A stretch of DNA of 63,460 nt, the filler included, from Folioceros fuciformis (taxonomy: Eukaryota), in assembly GCA_049999805.1 (NCBI GenBank). It is 9 parts of 9 records of this genome, joined end to end, with 100 filler letters (N's around TTAATTAATTAA, not from the genome) between each part and the next. Parts side by side here need not be neighbours in the genome. Positions count along the whole stretch, not along the records: positions 38,151 to 54,885 come from JBNGIO010003448.1; positions 54,986 to 59,586 come from JBNGIO010003449.1; positions 59,687 to 61,293 come from JBNGIO010003452.1; positions 61,394 to 63,460 come from JBNGIO010003456.1; 5 more parts are not named here. The stretch is one strand, 5' to 3'. Shown piece after piece: positions 51,749 to 63,227 of the stretch; within the stretch, counting starts at the first letter, position 1; each line of letters starts with the position of its first letter. The notes beneath the pieces are model-generated. The model saw nothing but the letters and a program-made list of their open reading frames with translations. It did no database searches and was not told the DNA's origin. Both the position numbers and the translations under genes were made by a program.

Positions 51749-54700
51749 TCAGCTGGCAATCAAACTTTCGTTGAGGACGATCGATGGTAAGCATGACTCT
51801 ACCAGCTCTTGGGGAATAGGGGAGTACTTGGACAGGGACAGGAGCCAGGCAACAGCGTTGGTGACCTCAGTAGGTACATCTTCCTTCTTCTTATTGTAGT
51901 CCCCAAAGCTGGAAGTCACAGACACGTTCTCGATTTGGGTTCTAATGTACTGCCCCAGGTATTGCACATACTCCGTGGCGTGGGAAGGGTGAAGCTGGTG
52001 AAACAAGGTACCTAAACCTACCACCAGGGGACAACAGTCTATTGCTGTCTTTTTCATCCGGCTTGTGAGGGAACCCAGGTGGCTGTCAAGCACATACCTG
52101 GGTAGCAGAGAGATGGTGACCACCAAGAGCAGCAGCGGAGTGTCCTCTGAGGTCGGTGCTGTTAGATACAGCGAGCTCAATGGGCTGTGGACACCGCACA
52201 TCTGTAGCTGCGTGATCAGCTCCTCCACGATCTTCACCTTGCCGTCCCAGAAGCTGCTATCTCCTGCGGCTTCAGAGTCTGTTGCAGGAGCAGATTTCAA
52301 CCTGGAGCTCATAGTCATATCAGCTAGGACAGCCGCATTCATTCCCTCCAAGGCGAAAGAAATGCAGCTGGAATCAACCTTGGACGCAGCACGGATTTGT
52401 GATGCAAGAAGACATCTAAGGAGCTGAATCTGTCCAACGTGTGCCAGACTCTCCACCCAAGAGCTCCAACCTTGAGACGATGCCACGAGGCCAGCAGCCT
52501 CAGCATACACAGCCGGACCTACATCAGGAATTGCCGATGGAGGAGTGAGAGCATCCTTCAGCAGCCGCAACTGCTTCTTCATTCCAGCGTCCAACAAAGT
52601 GGACGAGGGCGCTACACAGGCGAGGCATAGCTGAAGGCGTTTGGTAGCATCGAAGCTGAGCAGACGGTCAAGCCCCATCATTCCGGCAGGTCCCAGGGTG
52701 GCTTGAAGCATGGTGAACATCCGCAGCCCCACAAGTTCTTTGCCCTCTGCATCAAACCACCCACTCATGGGAGCCAAATACATGGAACGCGATGGATGCG
52801 TCAGTTGGACAAGTTTGTGAACCAGCCTTCCCATGAAGTTGAGCGAGTTAGAAGGATCTTTGGCGGGGGCCGGGCAGTTCGGTATGGGGATGGATCTGCT
52901 TTGATACAGACTACCCCATTCTTGATTCTTCCGTTTCAGATACGCTGTGCATTCCTGTTCCAAATTGTAGTTGATGATCCTGGTGAACTCTTCTTGCCAA
53001 ACATGCAACCCATGGATGTGCACATAGTCTTGAAAATACTCCATGCACCGCCGCTGCGATTGCAAAGTCAGTTTCAGCTCTTGGAGCTTTTCCTCCAGTT
53101 CCTCAACCCGCCCTGTAGGAAAAACTAGGTGCGCATTCAGAGCGATGGCGATCTGCTTCACCAGCTGTTTCCTGATGCCGTCCTCCAACAACTGCCTCGG
53201 ATCCAGCTCAATAGAGCCAATAAACGTCTTCTTCATGGACATAATTCCCTGAGTGAAGACGGCAACTCGATTAGTGGCCCTGGCCAGCGCGTAACGCTCC
53301 GTCAGCTGCGCATGATCTCGCAAATTATCTTTCACCAGCCGCGCGGGACAGTCCCGCAGCTGCTGTGTCTGGACAGCTATGATGTCGTTGAGGATGGCAA
53401 ACATGGTCACCGGTATAATCTCCAACACAGCACGCACATACGCGACTACCTCCGACGAATAGTACTCCGACACAGAAAATAAATCCGCGCTTCCACACTG
53501 CGCGATCCGAAGCAGAGGCGTGTCCAGGATGCTCCGCAGCTTGAGAAATAGGCACTGCAGCTTCATGACAGTCAGGGGATTGTCCTGAATCCGCACGTGA
53601 ATCCTCTCCGTAAATGCTCCAACCAATCCCCACGCGTACGCCGCATCCCCCACCACAGAGATGGTTCCCAGCACGCTCTCCTGCAGATTAAGAGTGCGAA
53701 TCATCTCCTGCAGCTGCGTCTTGCTCTCACTCAAGTACTGTTTCGTCTGTAGACTCCCTTCGATCTGGTGAAACTGCTCCACCTCCTTGAGCGCGGCTAC
53801 CATATGCTGGATCTTCCTCCCCGCGCCGTGCTCCTCCGCGTAGTCAAGCAACTGCACCTGTGCAGCCATCTCCGCAAACCACCGCTGCAGGTTCTCGTCT
53901 CTCACCCTCTTCGATACCACCTTAGAGCCGGAAAAAAAATCCGAGAGCTCCAGCATGCAGTCCGCGGCGTGCCCCCTGCACTGCCGCCACCTCACCTCCT
54001 TACCCTGCATCAGATCTCCGTACACCCGCTTCAGTTCGAACTCCAAACTGGCCGTGTTGAGCAGCAATGACAGCAGCACATCCTCTGTCACAGCATTAGC
54101 AGCGCAGCATCCCAACACGGCCTCCCGCAGCTTCCTGCTGCCAGTAGTTCGGTGCAGCAGCAGCCATCGCAGCGTTACATTGCATTCCCGCAAACACAAC
54201 AGCAGCGCGGGAACGTTCTTGAGCACATATTCCTGCGTGAGCACTCCCTCCAGCAGAAACACCTTAAGCTCCCCGAGCAAATTCATCACCTTCGACGCAT
54301 GCGCCTGCGCAACATCCCGGACAGCGGGCAGCGCCAAGGTCGGAGCCAGCGCAGCCCTGGCCGCCTTAAACCTGTCCCATGCCAGGGACAGGTCCATGGT
54401 GAAGCCCAGAAAGATGGGCACCACAAAGGACCCCTTAAAGTACCTGTCCACGATCTCCCGCATCACCCCGACGTCGTTGTGCAGGATCTGCGGGGCCTGA
54501 AAGAGCAGCACCAGCAGAGCCCCAGCTTGGGCTGCCAGGGCGGCTGTGCGGTGCTCCGAGCGCGGGAAGTGGCGCGCCGCGTTGTAGATGTCCCCGCCGC
54601 GGAGCCTCTCGATGGTGGTGAGCACCACGTGGCTCGGGAAGGGAAAGCGCGCCAGGAGCTCTTCTGGCCGGGGCACGGCCAGCATGGTGGACGGGACCGG

Positions 54701-54865
54701 AAGCTGCTGAGGCTGGAGCTGCAGCAAAGCCGCGGCCATGGCTGCCACGCCGGCCACCGGGGCTGCGGCCGGGGCGCGGCAAAGAGAGCACACGGCATCG
54801 AAGTTGCGCGCCTCCCCGCCCTTGGCGCGATAGAAGGCGATAAGGAGGCGCTCCCGGAGGAAGCC
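51749..54865 (-). CDS. WASHC5: WASH complex subunit strumpellin, 5' end lost in gap; visible part intronless (>1,030 aa)
   Basis: RERLLIAFYR, DIYNAARHFPRSEHRTAALAAQA, MREIVDRYF, LKEVEQFHQIE, SVSEYYSSE, IELDPRQLLEDGIRKQLVKQI, EYFQDYVHIHGLHVWQEEFTRIINYNLEQEC. Confidence 0.93.
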   Translation of the reverse strand, partial: GFLRERLLIAFYRAKGGEARNFDAVCSLCRAPAAAPVAGVAAMAAALLQLQPQQLPVPSTMLAVPRPEELLARFPFPSHVVLTTIERLRGGDIYNAARHFPRSEHRTAALAAQAGALLVLLFQAPQILHNDVGVMREIVDRYFKGSFVVPIFLGFTMDLSLAWDRFKAARAALAPTLALPAVRDVAQAHASKVMNLLGELKVFLLEGVLTQEYVLKNVPALLLCLRECNVTLRWLLLHRTTGSRKLREAVLGCCAANAVTEDVLLSLLLNTASLEFELKRVYGDLMQGKEVRWRQCRGHAADCMLELSDFFSGSKVVSKRVRDENLQRWFAEMAAQVQLLDYAEEHGAGRKIQHMVAALKEVEQFHQIEGSLQTKQYLSESKTQLQEMIRTLNLQESVLGTISVVGDAAYAWGLVGAFTERIHVRIQDNPLTVMKLQCLFLKLRSILDTPLLRIAQCGSADLFSVSEYYSSEVVAYVRAVLEIIPVTMFAILNDIIAVQTQQLRDCPARLVKDNLRDHAQLTERYALARATNRVAVFTQGIMSMKKTFIGSIELDPRQLLEDGIRKQLVKQIAIALNAHLVFPTGRVEELEEKLQELKLTLQSQRRCMEYFQDYVHIHGLHVWQEEFTRIINYNLEQECTAYLKRKNQEWGSLYQSRSIPIPNCPAPAKDPSNSLNFMGRLVHKLVQLTHPSRSMYLAPMSGWFDAEGKELVGLRMFTMLQATLGPAGMMGLDRLLSFDATKRLQLCLACVAPSSTLLDAGMKKQLRLLKDALTPPSAIPDVGPAVYAEAAGLVASSQGWSSWVESLAHVGQIQLLRCLLASQIRAASKVDSSCISFALEGMNAAVLADMTMSSRLKSAPATDSEAAGDSSFWDGKVKIVEELITQLQMCGVHSPLSSLYLTAPTSEDTPLLLLVVTISLLPRYVLDSHLGSLTSRMKKTAIDCCPLVVGLGTLFHQLHPSHATEYVQYLGQYIRTQIENVSVTSSFGDYNKKKEDVPTEVTNAVAWLLSLSKYSPIPQELVESCLPSIVLNESLIAS

Positions 54866-55529
54866 TGAGATGCGGTGCTCCAGGANNNNNNNNNNNNNNN
54901 NNNNNNNNNNNNNNNNNNNNNNNNNNNNNTTAATTAATTAANNNNNNNNNNNNNNNNNNNNNNNNNNNNNNNNNNNNNNNNNNNNGCTTTAGAAAGCAGG
55001 CATAGTACTTAAAGCACAATCTGAATGAAAGCTAAATTTTAATTAGAAATTTAAGCTACTTTTCCAAATCAATATAAATAATGGCTGAACAATTAGAGAA
55101 ATCAGATTATGAAGAGTATGGAAGTTTTGATTCTTCTCTTTCTTTCTTTATTTCTTTGTTTCCTTCTTTTCAATCATCTGGCAGACCTGTGGATTGTGGA
55201 TTGCATTGTTGATACAACCTCAACATAGTCTCACAAGTCTTGGAGAAGTAGCAAATTGTTGATTAAGCCTTCATGNNNNNNNNNNNNNNNNNNNNNNNNN
55301 NNNNNNNNNNNNNNNNNNNNNNNNNNNNNNNNNNNNNNNNNNNNNNNNNNNNNNNNNNNNNNNNNNNNNNNNNNNCACCTCTTATGACCACAAGCTCACC
55401 TTCATTAATTGAGGTTCAATTTGCATAGCATGGAAAACGATTGATACTCAATGTGCTAATTTCTGTTTAGTATGACGACATGAGAGTTTATAGGATCGTG
55501 TTCTAATTTCTTCATCTTTATGGATGTAG

Positions 55530-56315
55530 CCATTGATCCTGGAGGCAGGGGGTGATATAAGCAAATGGTTTGACTGTGATAGTGATGAGCTAATCTCCTA
55601 CAACAATCCCGTGACAGGCAAAGAAGCTGTTGCTAGATGCTCAGAAGTTATGACTGCTGTTGATCCTGATATGTGTATGGAATGGTATTACACTCCAGAG
55701 GTAACTTTGAGCTGATACTTGTACAAGACAACACTTGCATAAAATCTTGATTACAGCTGGATGAGTTAAGTTTGTCTGATCTCACATTCTTATAGTAGGG
55801 TAGATTCATCCATGTTGGACCTCCTAGTCCACGTTCTGATTGGGATATGAGCTTTGAGGCTCCTTGGTGGAAGGATCCCAAGTACATTATAGGACAAATA
55901 TCAGAACACACTCGCTTGATTAGAGTGAAAAATGTTTTGATAGACCAAGAATTCTTGTTAGAGGTAAATTGTAAGAAAGAACTCCCAATGTGATTAATAT
56001 TCATTAAATATTAAATAACATTCATGTTTTAAAATATTAATAAAAATCATAACAACATAGGTACCATGTGAGGAAACTATTGGAGAGATTCTTGTAAGGT
56101 ATATTGATATAAATGAGAATTCAGCACATTATACTTGGAAAGCAAATTGCACAACTAAAGATGGAACCTTTATAAAAGTTGATTACGACAAAACCTTGGA
56201 AGAAAATGGAATCCCAGATGAGAGACCTGAATTTGAGTCCTTGGAGATGGGTATTTTATATCACATACCTTGTCTTCATATATATTTTGAAGACGAGGGT
56301 GAGTTTGTTGAATGA
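55530..56315 (+). CDS. CYB5D1: Cytochrome b5 domain-containing protein 1 (flagellar radial-spoke FAP198-like), 5' exon(s) missing
   Basis: Exons 55530-55700, ~55798-55963 and 56061-56315: AGGDISKWFD, YTPEGRFIHVGPPSPRSDW..PWWKD, IGQISEHTRLIRVKN, YTWK, KTLEENGIPDE, IPCLHIYFED. Confidence 0.88.
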
Positions 56316-57080
56316 TTTGACAAGGGATATTTGATGATTTAACATGGGGTGCATGTACAAGATAAGTTGACTCCATTAAAATGATTTATTGACTCTTGGT
56401 ATGTTCACTATGTATATTATGTACATAGCTTACTCTTAGGTATGTTAGTGAGAGATTTAAACCTAATATTTGCTATATGAAGTGATGATAATCTAACTAG
56501 TCTCCTTCTTAGCCATATAAAGACTAAGCTTTATAACTTTGAAGGCTTCGGGTTAAACTTCTCTTGGAGAAACATGACGTTCTTAAGATATGGTGTGTAA
56601 GGGGAATCTAGTTTACTTCAAAAACAAAAGGAGGGTGAGGAAGATAGTTAAATATAAAATGAATATGTACTACATATAATAAGGCTTGCCTACCGGGTGT
56701 GGCGCACCGTACTATATAATTTGTAGCACAACTAACATGAGTTATTGATTGAGCTTACGACGACACATACTGTACGTTTTGGTGCGGTTAGATCCCTTGG
56801 TTTGTGTAAGAGGATGGTGCACTTTTGTCAACAGCTTTGGAACGTGCAACTGGCAGGCTTCGTGCTGACAGCCTGGACGAAATCTTTCGAGGAAGCGGCT
56901 GATTGGGTTGCAGAGAGCTAGAGAATTCAGGGACTCGGTCTGGCTCATTATCCTCTTGCTGAGCTTGGCGGAGCTTTGTCCACCACGAGACAGCTACTGT
57001 ACTGACTGCTCCCTTTCCTCATCGCTGCGAGCTGTAGGAGGGAGACAGCGTGAGAGACAGCGTGCAGACAGAATTCGGAG

Positions 57081-57861
57081 ATGGCAGTGGAGTTTCTGTC
57101 GAAAGCGGTCCCCATCTTCGCAGTTGGTGTGGCTTCTGCTTTTGGGATTTTGAAAGTTATAGAGGGCTCTAAGAAACAGGGGGCTGCTTCGATTATTCAG
57201 GAGTTCAACGACACGAAGGTTGTTCAAGCTTGAGCTTGCTGTTTGGCTGCTTGTAGTTCTGATCCACCGTCTGTACAGACTAAGTCACACGTTGTGGATT
57301 AAGTTGTGCTCCGGTTGGCGACTCGGACCGAGCTGACCGTGGGTGGGGATTCGCAGGACAAACTTCTGGCCGATATCCACAAGGAGAGTGCGGTGTTGCA
57401 GCACAAGGTGAAGCAAGTCCATGACTCTCTCGACAAGGATCTTCAGGTGATGCTTAATTGAGTTTCAGCATTGTTTGGCAGGAGCGAGCAGTGTTCGTGT
57501 GCGATGGGTTATGCATGCGCATGGCCTGGAAGTGAGGGCTATTGCCGGTGGGTAATGTGTGCAGAATTTACTACAGAATTGGAATGAAGAGGCAGTGAAA
57601 GAGAACCCGGATAATGCCAAACAAATCCTGGATGAGCTCGCTAAGATAGGTGATGCATAAGCACTTGCTTCGGATTTCCCTTCTTGCCTGCTAAATGTCA
57701 TTTACGGGGAGTTCAGATTTCAACTTGCCGTGTTGTGTGCAGAATTTCCTTTCGCAGAGAAAGTGAAACTGGCTGCTGACTGGGTGGGCGCAAATCTTCT
57801 GACTCCAGTAATCACTTTTTTGGGTGAAGAAGCATCCAAACTACTGCGACCAACTAAGTAA
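57081..57861 (+). CDS. DREPP/PCaP-like plasma-membrane cation-binding protein, 143 aa (exons 57081-57218, 57357-57446, 57565-57649, 57743-57861)
   Basis: SKAVP, EFNDTKDKLLADI..LQHKV, ILDELAKIEFPFAEKV..GANLLTPVITFLGE align with the PCaP1 core (YLEELVKIEFPGSKAV). Exon phases close to 432 nt. Confidence 0.75.
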
Positions 57862-58678
57862 TCCCCCACTTTTGGCATCCATGTCGTCAAGTAGGGAGTC
57901 GCAGATGGTGCTTGCTGAGGCTGTGGCTTTTCAACCCATGTTTAACTCCATTTTACGTGACAGGACGCCCGCTCCAGCAGCCTAGCATCATCCTCAAAGA
58001 GGAAGAGTGAAACATGGAATTCACTCCCACATTGTTAACAGCCTTACGTACAAGCATAAGTCTGGCTTAATCAGTCTGACTCGTGTGTGCCTCCTGGAAG
58101 ACGCACAGTGAAGGATGCGCACGCATTGACAAACCTGGCTTAATACATGCCCTCGACGGATTACAGGCTGGTTTCTTCTCCATACCACACTACATCAGTG
58201 AACATAATTGGGAACCGGAGGGTGGGAAAAGCCGATCCAAAAAGCGGAACACAACAGGAACGTTCGCACACCACTGCCTCAAAGTATGGCTACGAAGCGC
58301 CAACTCCAGAATCTGGAAGATCAACCACGAAACCCTGATCCAGGGACACAGCAATGGGAACACTGCAGGAGACAGAGTAGGGCACAGCCGACGAGGGTGT
58401 CACGCCTTTTATCATACGATTGCTCGTTGGCTGACCTGAGCTTTCTGGAAGTATGTGCCCCGTCAATCATGGGGTGACGGTGCGGAGCATAAACTGAATG
58501 AACGCTTTCGCCGTTAGTGTGAAAGCCATCCTCACCAAAACACACGCTTTGTTGAGGAACTTCCTGAGGAGATCGTTGTGAAATCCCAATCGTTGGACGT
58601 CGTTGACTCGAGGGGGGAGCGATGATGCTGTCGCTGGGTGCAACCACGGATGCCTTCTCTTCTTCAAGATTGAGGCAC

Positions 58679-59586
58679 ATGACGACATCTCCCGTTTTGG
58701 CCCACTGGGCGTTCGCTGCGCCGAGGCCATCAGCATCCCCCTTTTCTGCTCAGCAGCCTGTGCAGGTGCAGGGAGGCAGTTGCCGCCCCTATCCGTCATC
58801 ACCGCTGCCATGCCGGTGCGCTGTGGACTCATCTTCACCCGCTGAATCCAGCAGCCAGGCAGGCAGCGGGAAGGGCCGGAGTTCCAACAGGGGAGGAGCC
58901 AGCGGGAACGAGCCCTTCAGAGACACTAGGATCCATTGGGGCGACTCCGACGATGGCTGGCTTGGGATAGAGGATGGAGCATCTGGCTTTGCTCCCCCTC
59001 CCCAGGGATCTGCCTCGTCCGCAGACAACTCCGGCCGGAAATCGGAGTCCGGGCTCAGCGACGCGCTGAGGGACCTGGTGTCGCAGGCAAAGGATAGCCA
59101 CTACAGGTTCCCCTAGCCTGTGCCCCTCTTGATTCGGCTTAGCCTCAGGTCGGCAATGCTCTTGGCCAGGCTGCCTCTGTGTGGGCTGTTAACAAGGCAA
59201 GCCTCCGGAGGCTCCATTCACGCATGCTTGCATGTGTGCAGGTTTCTGGGGATTTCCACCAGCGCAGATCTGGACACCATCAAGTCCGCCTTCCGAAGGT
59301 TGTCCAAACAGTATCATCCGGACACCACCGAGCTTCCCCTGGAAGTAGCTGCCCAGAAATTTATGCAACTCAAGGAAGCCTACACAGGTGAAAGAGATGG
59401 ATGCATCTCTCAAACCCTTGTTCCATGTCTCAGCCTTTGCCTTTTTGTCTGTCTTTGAAAAGCTTTGTCCTGACCACTGAAAAGCACCGTTGGCTTACCT
59501 CGTGCAGTGCTGAGCAACGAGAGAGACCGGCTGTACTACGACTGGAAGCTTGCCCAAAAGGTGTCCAGAGAACAGGTGCAGGGGAA
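58679..59586 (+). CDS. ndhT: Chloroplast NDH subunit T (J-domain, CRRJ), 3' end lost in gap
   Basis: Transit peptide, DTRIHWGDSDDGWLG, SHYRFLGIS..IKSAFRRLSKQYHPDTTELPL..KFMQLKEAYTVLS..YYDWKLAQ. Confidence 0.88.
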
Positions 59587-59744
59587 NNNNNNNNNNNNNN
59601 NNNNNNNNNNNNNNNNNNNNNNNNNNNNNNTTAATTAATTAANNNNNNNNNNNNNNNNNNNNNNNNNNNNNNNNNNNNNNNNNNNNACCTATCATTTCCC
59701 AGGGGTCTGTTCAGCATGTGGAGTCCACAGCTAGCAAGAATGTT

Positions 59745-61293
59745 TTTTGAGGGAGGAATTGTGCTGGGTACAAAGGAGCGGTGAGGGCCGGGATTTCACA
59801 AGTGCGGAAGAGACTCGGACATCGAAGGTTCAATGCACCTTGGCCAAGTTGGAAGAAGACAGGGCCAGGGGATGGTTTAAGCGGGCCAAAGTTAAGTGGG
59901 TAAGGGAGGGGGATGGCCCCTCTAAATTCTTCTTCAACAAGGTGGCNNNNNNNNNNNNNNNNNNNNNNNNNNNNNNNNNNNNNNNNNNNNNNNNNNNNNN
60001 NNNNNNNNNNNNNNNNNNNNNNNNNNNNNNNNNNNNNNNNNNNNNNTCGCTTGAAGGTTTAAAAGCCCTTATTACCCTCATCTTTGTTGGCATTTTCTCT
60101 AGTGTTGGGAAGATGGGAGGGTGGGAACGGCTTTGGTCTTCAACATATGGTGCGTTTTCAACCAAAGTGTCCGAAGACCAATGCAGGACTTTGGATCAGC
60201 CGATAATTGCCGATAAGGTCTTCCGGGCCCTGAAGGAGATGCCGAGGGATAAATCCCCAAAGCACGATGGTATTCCCCCCGAATTCTTGCTCTAGGGGTG
60301 GGAATTTATGCTACCGCTATTCGTGGAGGTAGTTAATATGTTCTGGGAGGAGGGTAGCATGGGGAGTTGGTTCAATATGGGGGTTATCTCCCTGCTGCCT
60401 AAGCAAGACGCTAGTTTATCAATCTCCAATTGGCACCCAATTACCATGCTCATTACCACGTACAAGGTGATTGCTAAGGTACTCAATCCAATCATCAGCA
60501 CTTGTTGTAAGCGCTTCACCTCTGTCTTAGAAGGGGCGCACAAAAACAAATAAAACCATAAGGAGGCGGTAAGGATATGATTAATCACCACCAGCCTACT
60601 TGCCAGGTTGAGCTCCAGCAACTGCAGACTAGCTGCTTTGTGAAGGAATCTGAGATGTACGTACTTGCCTATCTCCCCATTCTCATCCTCCTCTAGGAAA
60701 GGAAGCCCCAAATACTTGTGGGTAGAACCCAAAGTCACTTGCCTAATGTGATTAATACACTAGGGAGGCTCCCCTCCTAAATGAAGACACATCATACGCG
60801 TCTTACCCCAGTTCACCTTGCAGCCCGATAGCTCACCAAAGACCTTGACCTCTTGGAGCAGCGCTTTCAATAAAGCCTCCTCTGTCGGGGAAAAGAGGAG
60901 AGTATCATCTGCAAATGCCGAGACCCTTAGCTGCAATCCATCAGGGTTCCAAATGCCCACCACTGTCGGGTCTTGCTTGACTGCTCTGAGAAAGAAGTTA
61001 GTGACGATAATAAATAAGAAAGGAGCAAGAGGGCAACCCTGACGTATTGACCGAGAGATGCCAAAGCGATCCGTAAAGGATCCATTAATAGCCACCTTGG
61101 CTCCAGCATCTTCACACAAGATGCCTATCCATCTGCATAAATTATTCCCGAACCCGAAACTACGACGGCATCGCCACAGAAAATGCCACTCAACAGAACC
61201 ATAAGCCTTGTAAAAGTCAAGAGAAATGAAAACGGCGGCTTGCTTCTGTACCTGAGTGTTGTACTTAGCTTCCCTAAGGAGTAGGAGGTTGTC
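59745..61293. mobile_element. Second copy of the same LINE family with an internally inverted segment (+ 59745-60490; - 60491-61293)
   Basis: Plus strand LEEDRARGWFKRAKVKW..DGIPPEF..YKVIAKVL; minus strand RQGCPLAPFLF, FADD, KYLGLP. Clearly homologous to 13890-17407. Confidence 0.9.
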
Positions 61294-62089
61294 NNNNNNN
61301 NNNNNNNNNNNNNNNNNNNNNNNNNNNNNNNNNNNNNTTAATTAATTAANNNNNNNNNNNNNNNNNNNNNNNNNNNNNNNNNNNNNNNNNNNNAAATTAG
61401 AGACTCTTGTGGTTGCTTTGGGTGTAACCATCTATCCATTTCAATTCTAAGACAAACCTTCATGGTTTAGGGTTTACTTTTAAAAATCATGAAAAATATT
61501 TTTAAAGTTCTGTAGAGTTTTCAACAATGTTCTTCATAATTGTTCATGCTTTTATAATTGTGAACCAAACTTATGGTAGAAATGGAATTATTATGAGAAA
61601 CCAAGCATGTACATATTTTCCCCCCTTCTCCTTGTGCTCTAAAGGTCGTATCCATCCTTCTATGTAGGTCATGGTAGTTAATCATGAGTTTTCTTGAGTT
61701 AAACATCATGCATATTAGATGTGTGGCATAAAATAGAACTAATGATTTAATTGTATTGCTTTGTGGTTAAAGTGCATTGCCACAAATGAAGAATTCAACC
61801 ATGTTCCAAGCTCATGTTGTCCCATTAGGTTTGTGCTAAATGAAAGCTTAGATTGGGGAGCTCTTAGAAGATGGGTAGCAAACCCTTTTTGCACTAAGGC
61901 ATGCCAACACTACAAAGAGGGTTTCAAGCAGTGAATGTTGTTATTACGAAATAGACAGCTCTCTTCCGTCTAAGGGAATCCTCCAGCAAAACACTATTAC
62001 GGTTCCAATGGTGGGGCTTATTGTGGAGCTCTTGTCTATCGCGATTATGGCTCAACTTGAGAGCAGTGATTTACTGGTTTACAATAGGA

Positions 62090-62755
62090 AAAACTCACTC
62101 AATCACATTTTCTCAATGAAGTTATCACCACCTTGACCACCTACTTCAACATTCTTCATAGAAAGACCACTCCTTATAATCCGAAGGCGAATGGGTTGAC
62201 GGAGAAGACCAATGGTCTTTTGGGGACCATCTTGACCAAGGTAACTGTGACTCACATGTATGATTGGGACACCAAGTTGCATTCAGCACTTTGGGCTTAC
62301 AGAACAGCAGAAAAGATCACCACGAAGAGGACTCCGTACTACTTGACCTATGGTATGTCGCCTGTTCTTCCCATTGACTTTGAGATTCCCACTCACCATG
62401 TCATGGAGGAGGCTAGGCTGTGAAGAAGAGCCAAGAAGCTAGGTTGGAAGCTTTCATCACCTACGAGGAGGACCGAGAAGAAGCCTTGGAGGAGATGCAC
62501 AAGATACAAGAACAAAGGAAAACCCACGATGATGGTAGGTTGAGGAAGAAGGAGACCATCCTACATAGGGATCTGGTACTACTGTATGATAGTAGGTACA
62601 TGGATTTCCCAAGTTAGCTGAGGTTGAGGTGGATGGGTCCTTACAAGGTGGAGGAAGTGTACAAGAATGGGTTTGTCCAGTTAAGGGTATTGGATGGTGA
62701 TTTGTTGCCAACTAGGGTCAATGGTTGGCAAGTCAAGAAGTACTATCAGCCATGA
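62090..62755 (+). mobile_element. Ty3/gypsy integrase C-terminal fragment (degenerate)
   Basis: TTPYNPKANGLTEKTN, DWDTKLHSALWAYRT, TPYYLTYG, DLVLLYDS, RWMGPYKV. Confidence 0.88.
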
Positions 62756-63227
62756 GAGGGTTAGTTGTTTGCGAGGATGCAAACAANNNNNNNNNNNNNN
62801 NNNNNNNNNNNNNNNNNNNNNNNNNNNNNNNNNNNNNNNNNNNNNNNNNNNNNNNNNNNNNNNNNNNNNNNNNNNNNNNNNNNNNNAGTGGTATGGTTTG
62901 GTTTTATTTTTCTACTTATTTTTCCTAATTTTCTTTTATTTTCTGGTCATTTTTCTTATCGTTTCTTGTGCTAATTAGGTTAATTGATCAAGGAATAATT
63001 GGTTTGGTTATTAGACTGGGTATAGGTTTTATCCCAGACTTAGAAAAGTTTAGGTCTGGTACCGGACGATAGGGTTGGGAAAGTTTGAATCTAGGTTTGG
63101 TGATTGGTTTAATATTAATTTAAGGTATATTACTAATACCAAAGAGGTATCCGATAAGGGAGCGACGGCCACCTAAGGATTGGAGAGAAGGACCAGAGAT
63201 TGCTTCCATTGCTATGACACACGGAAG

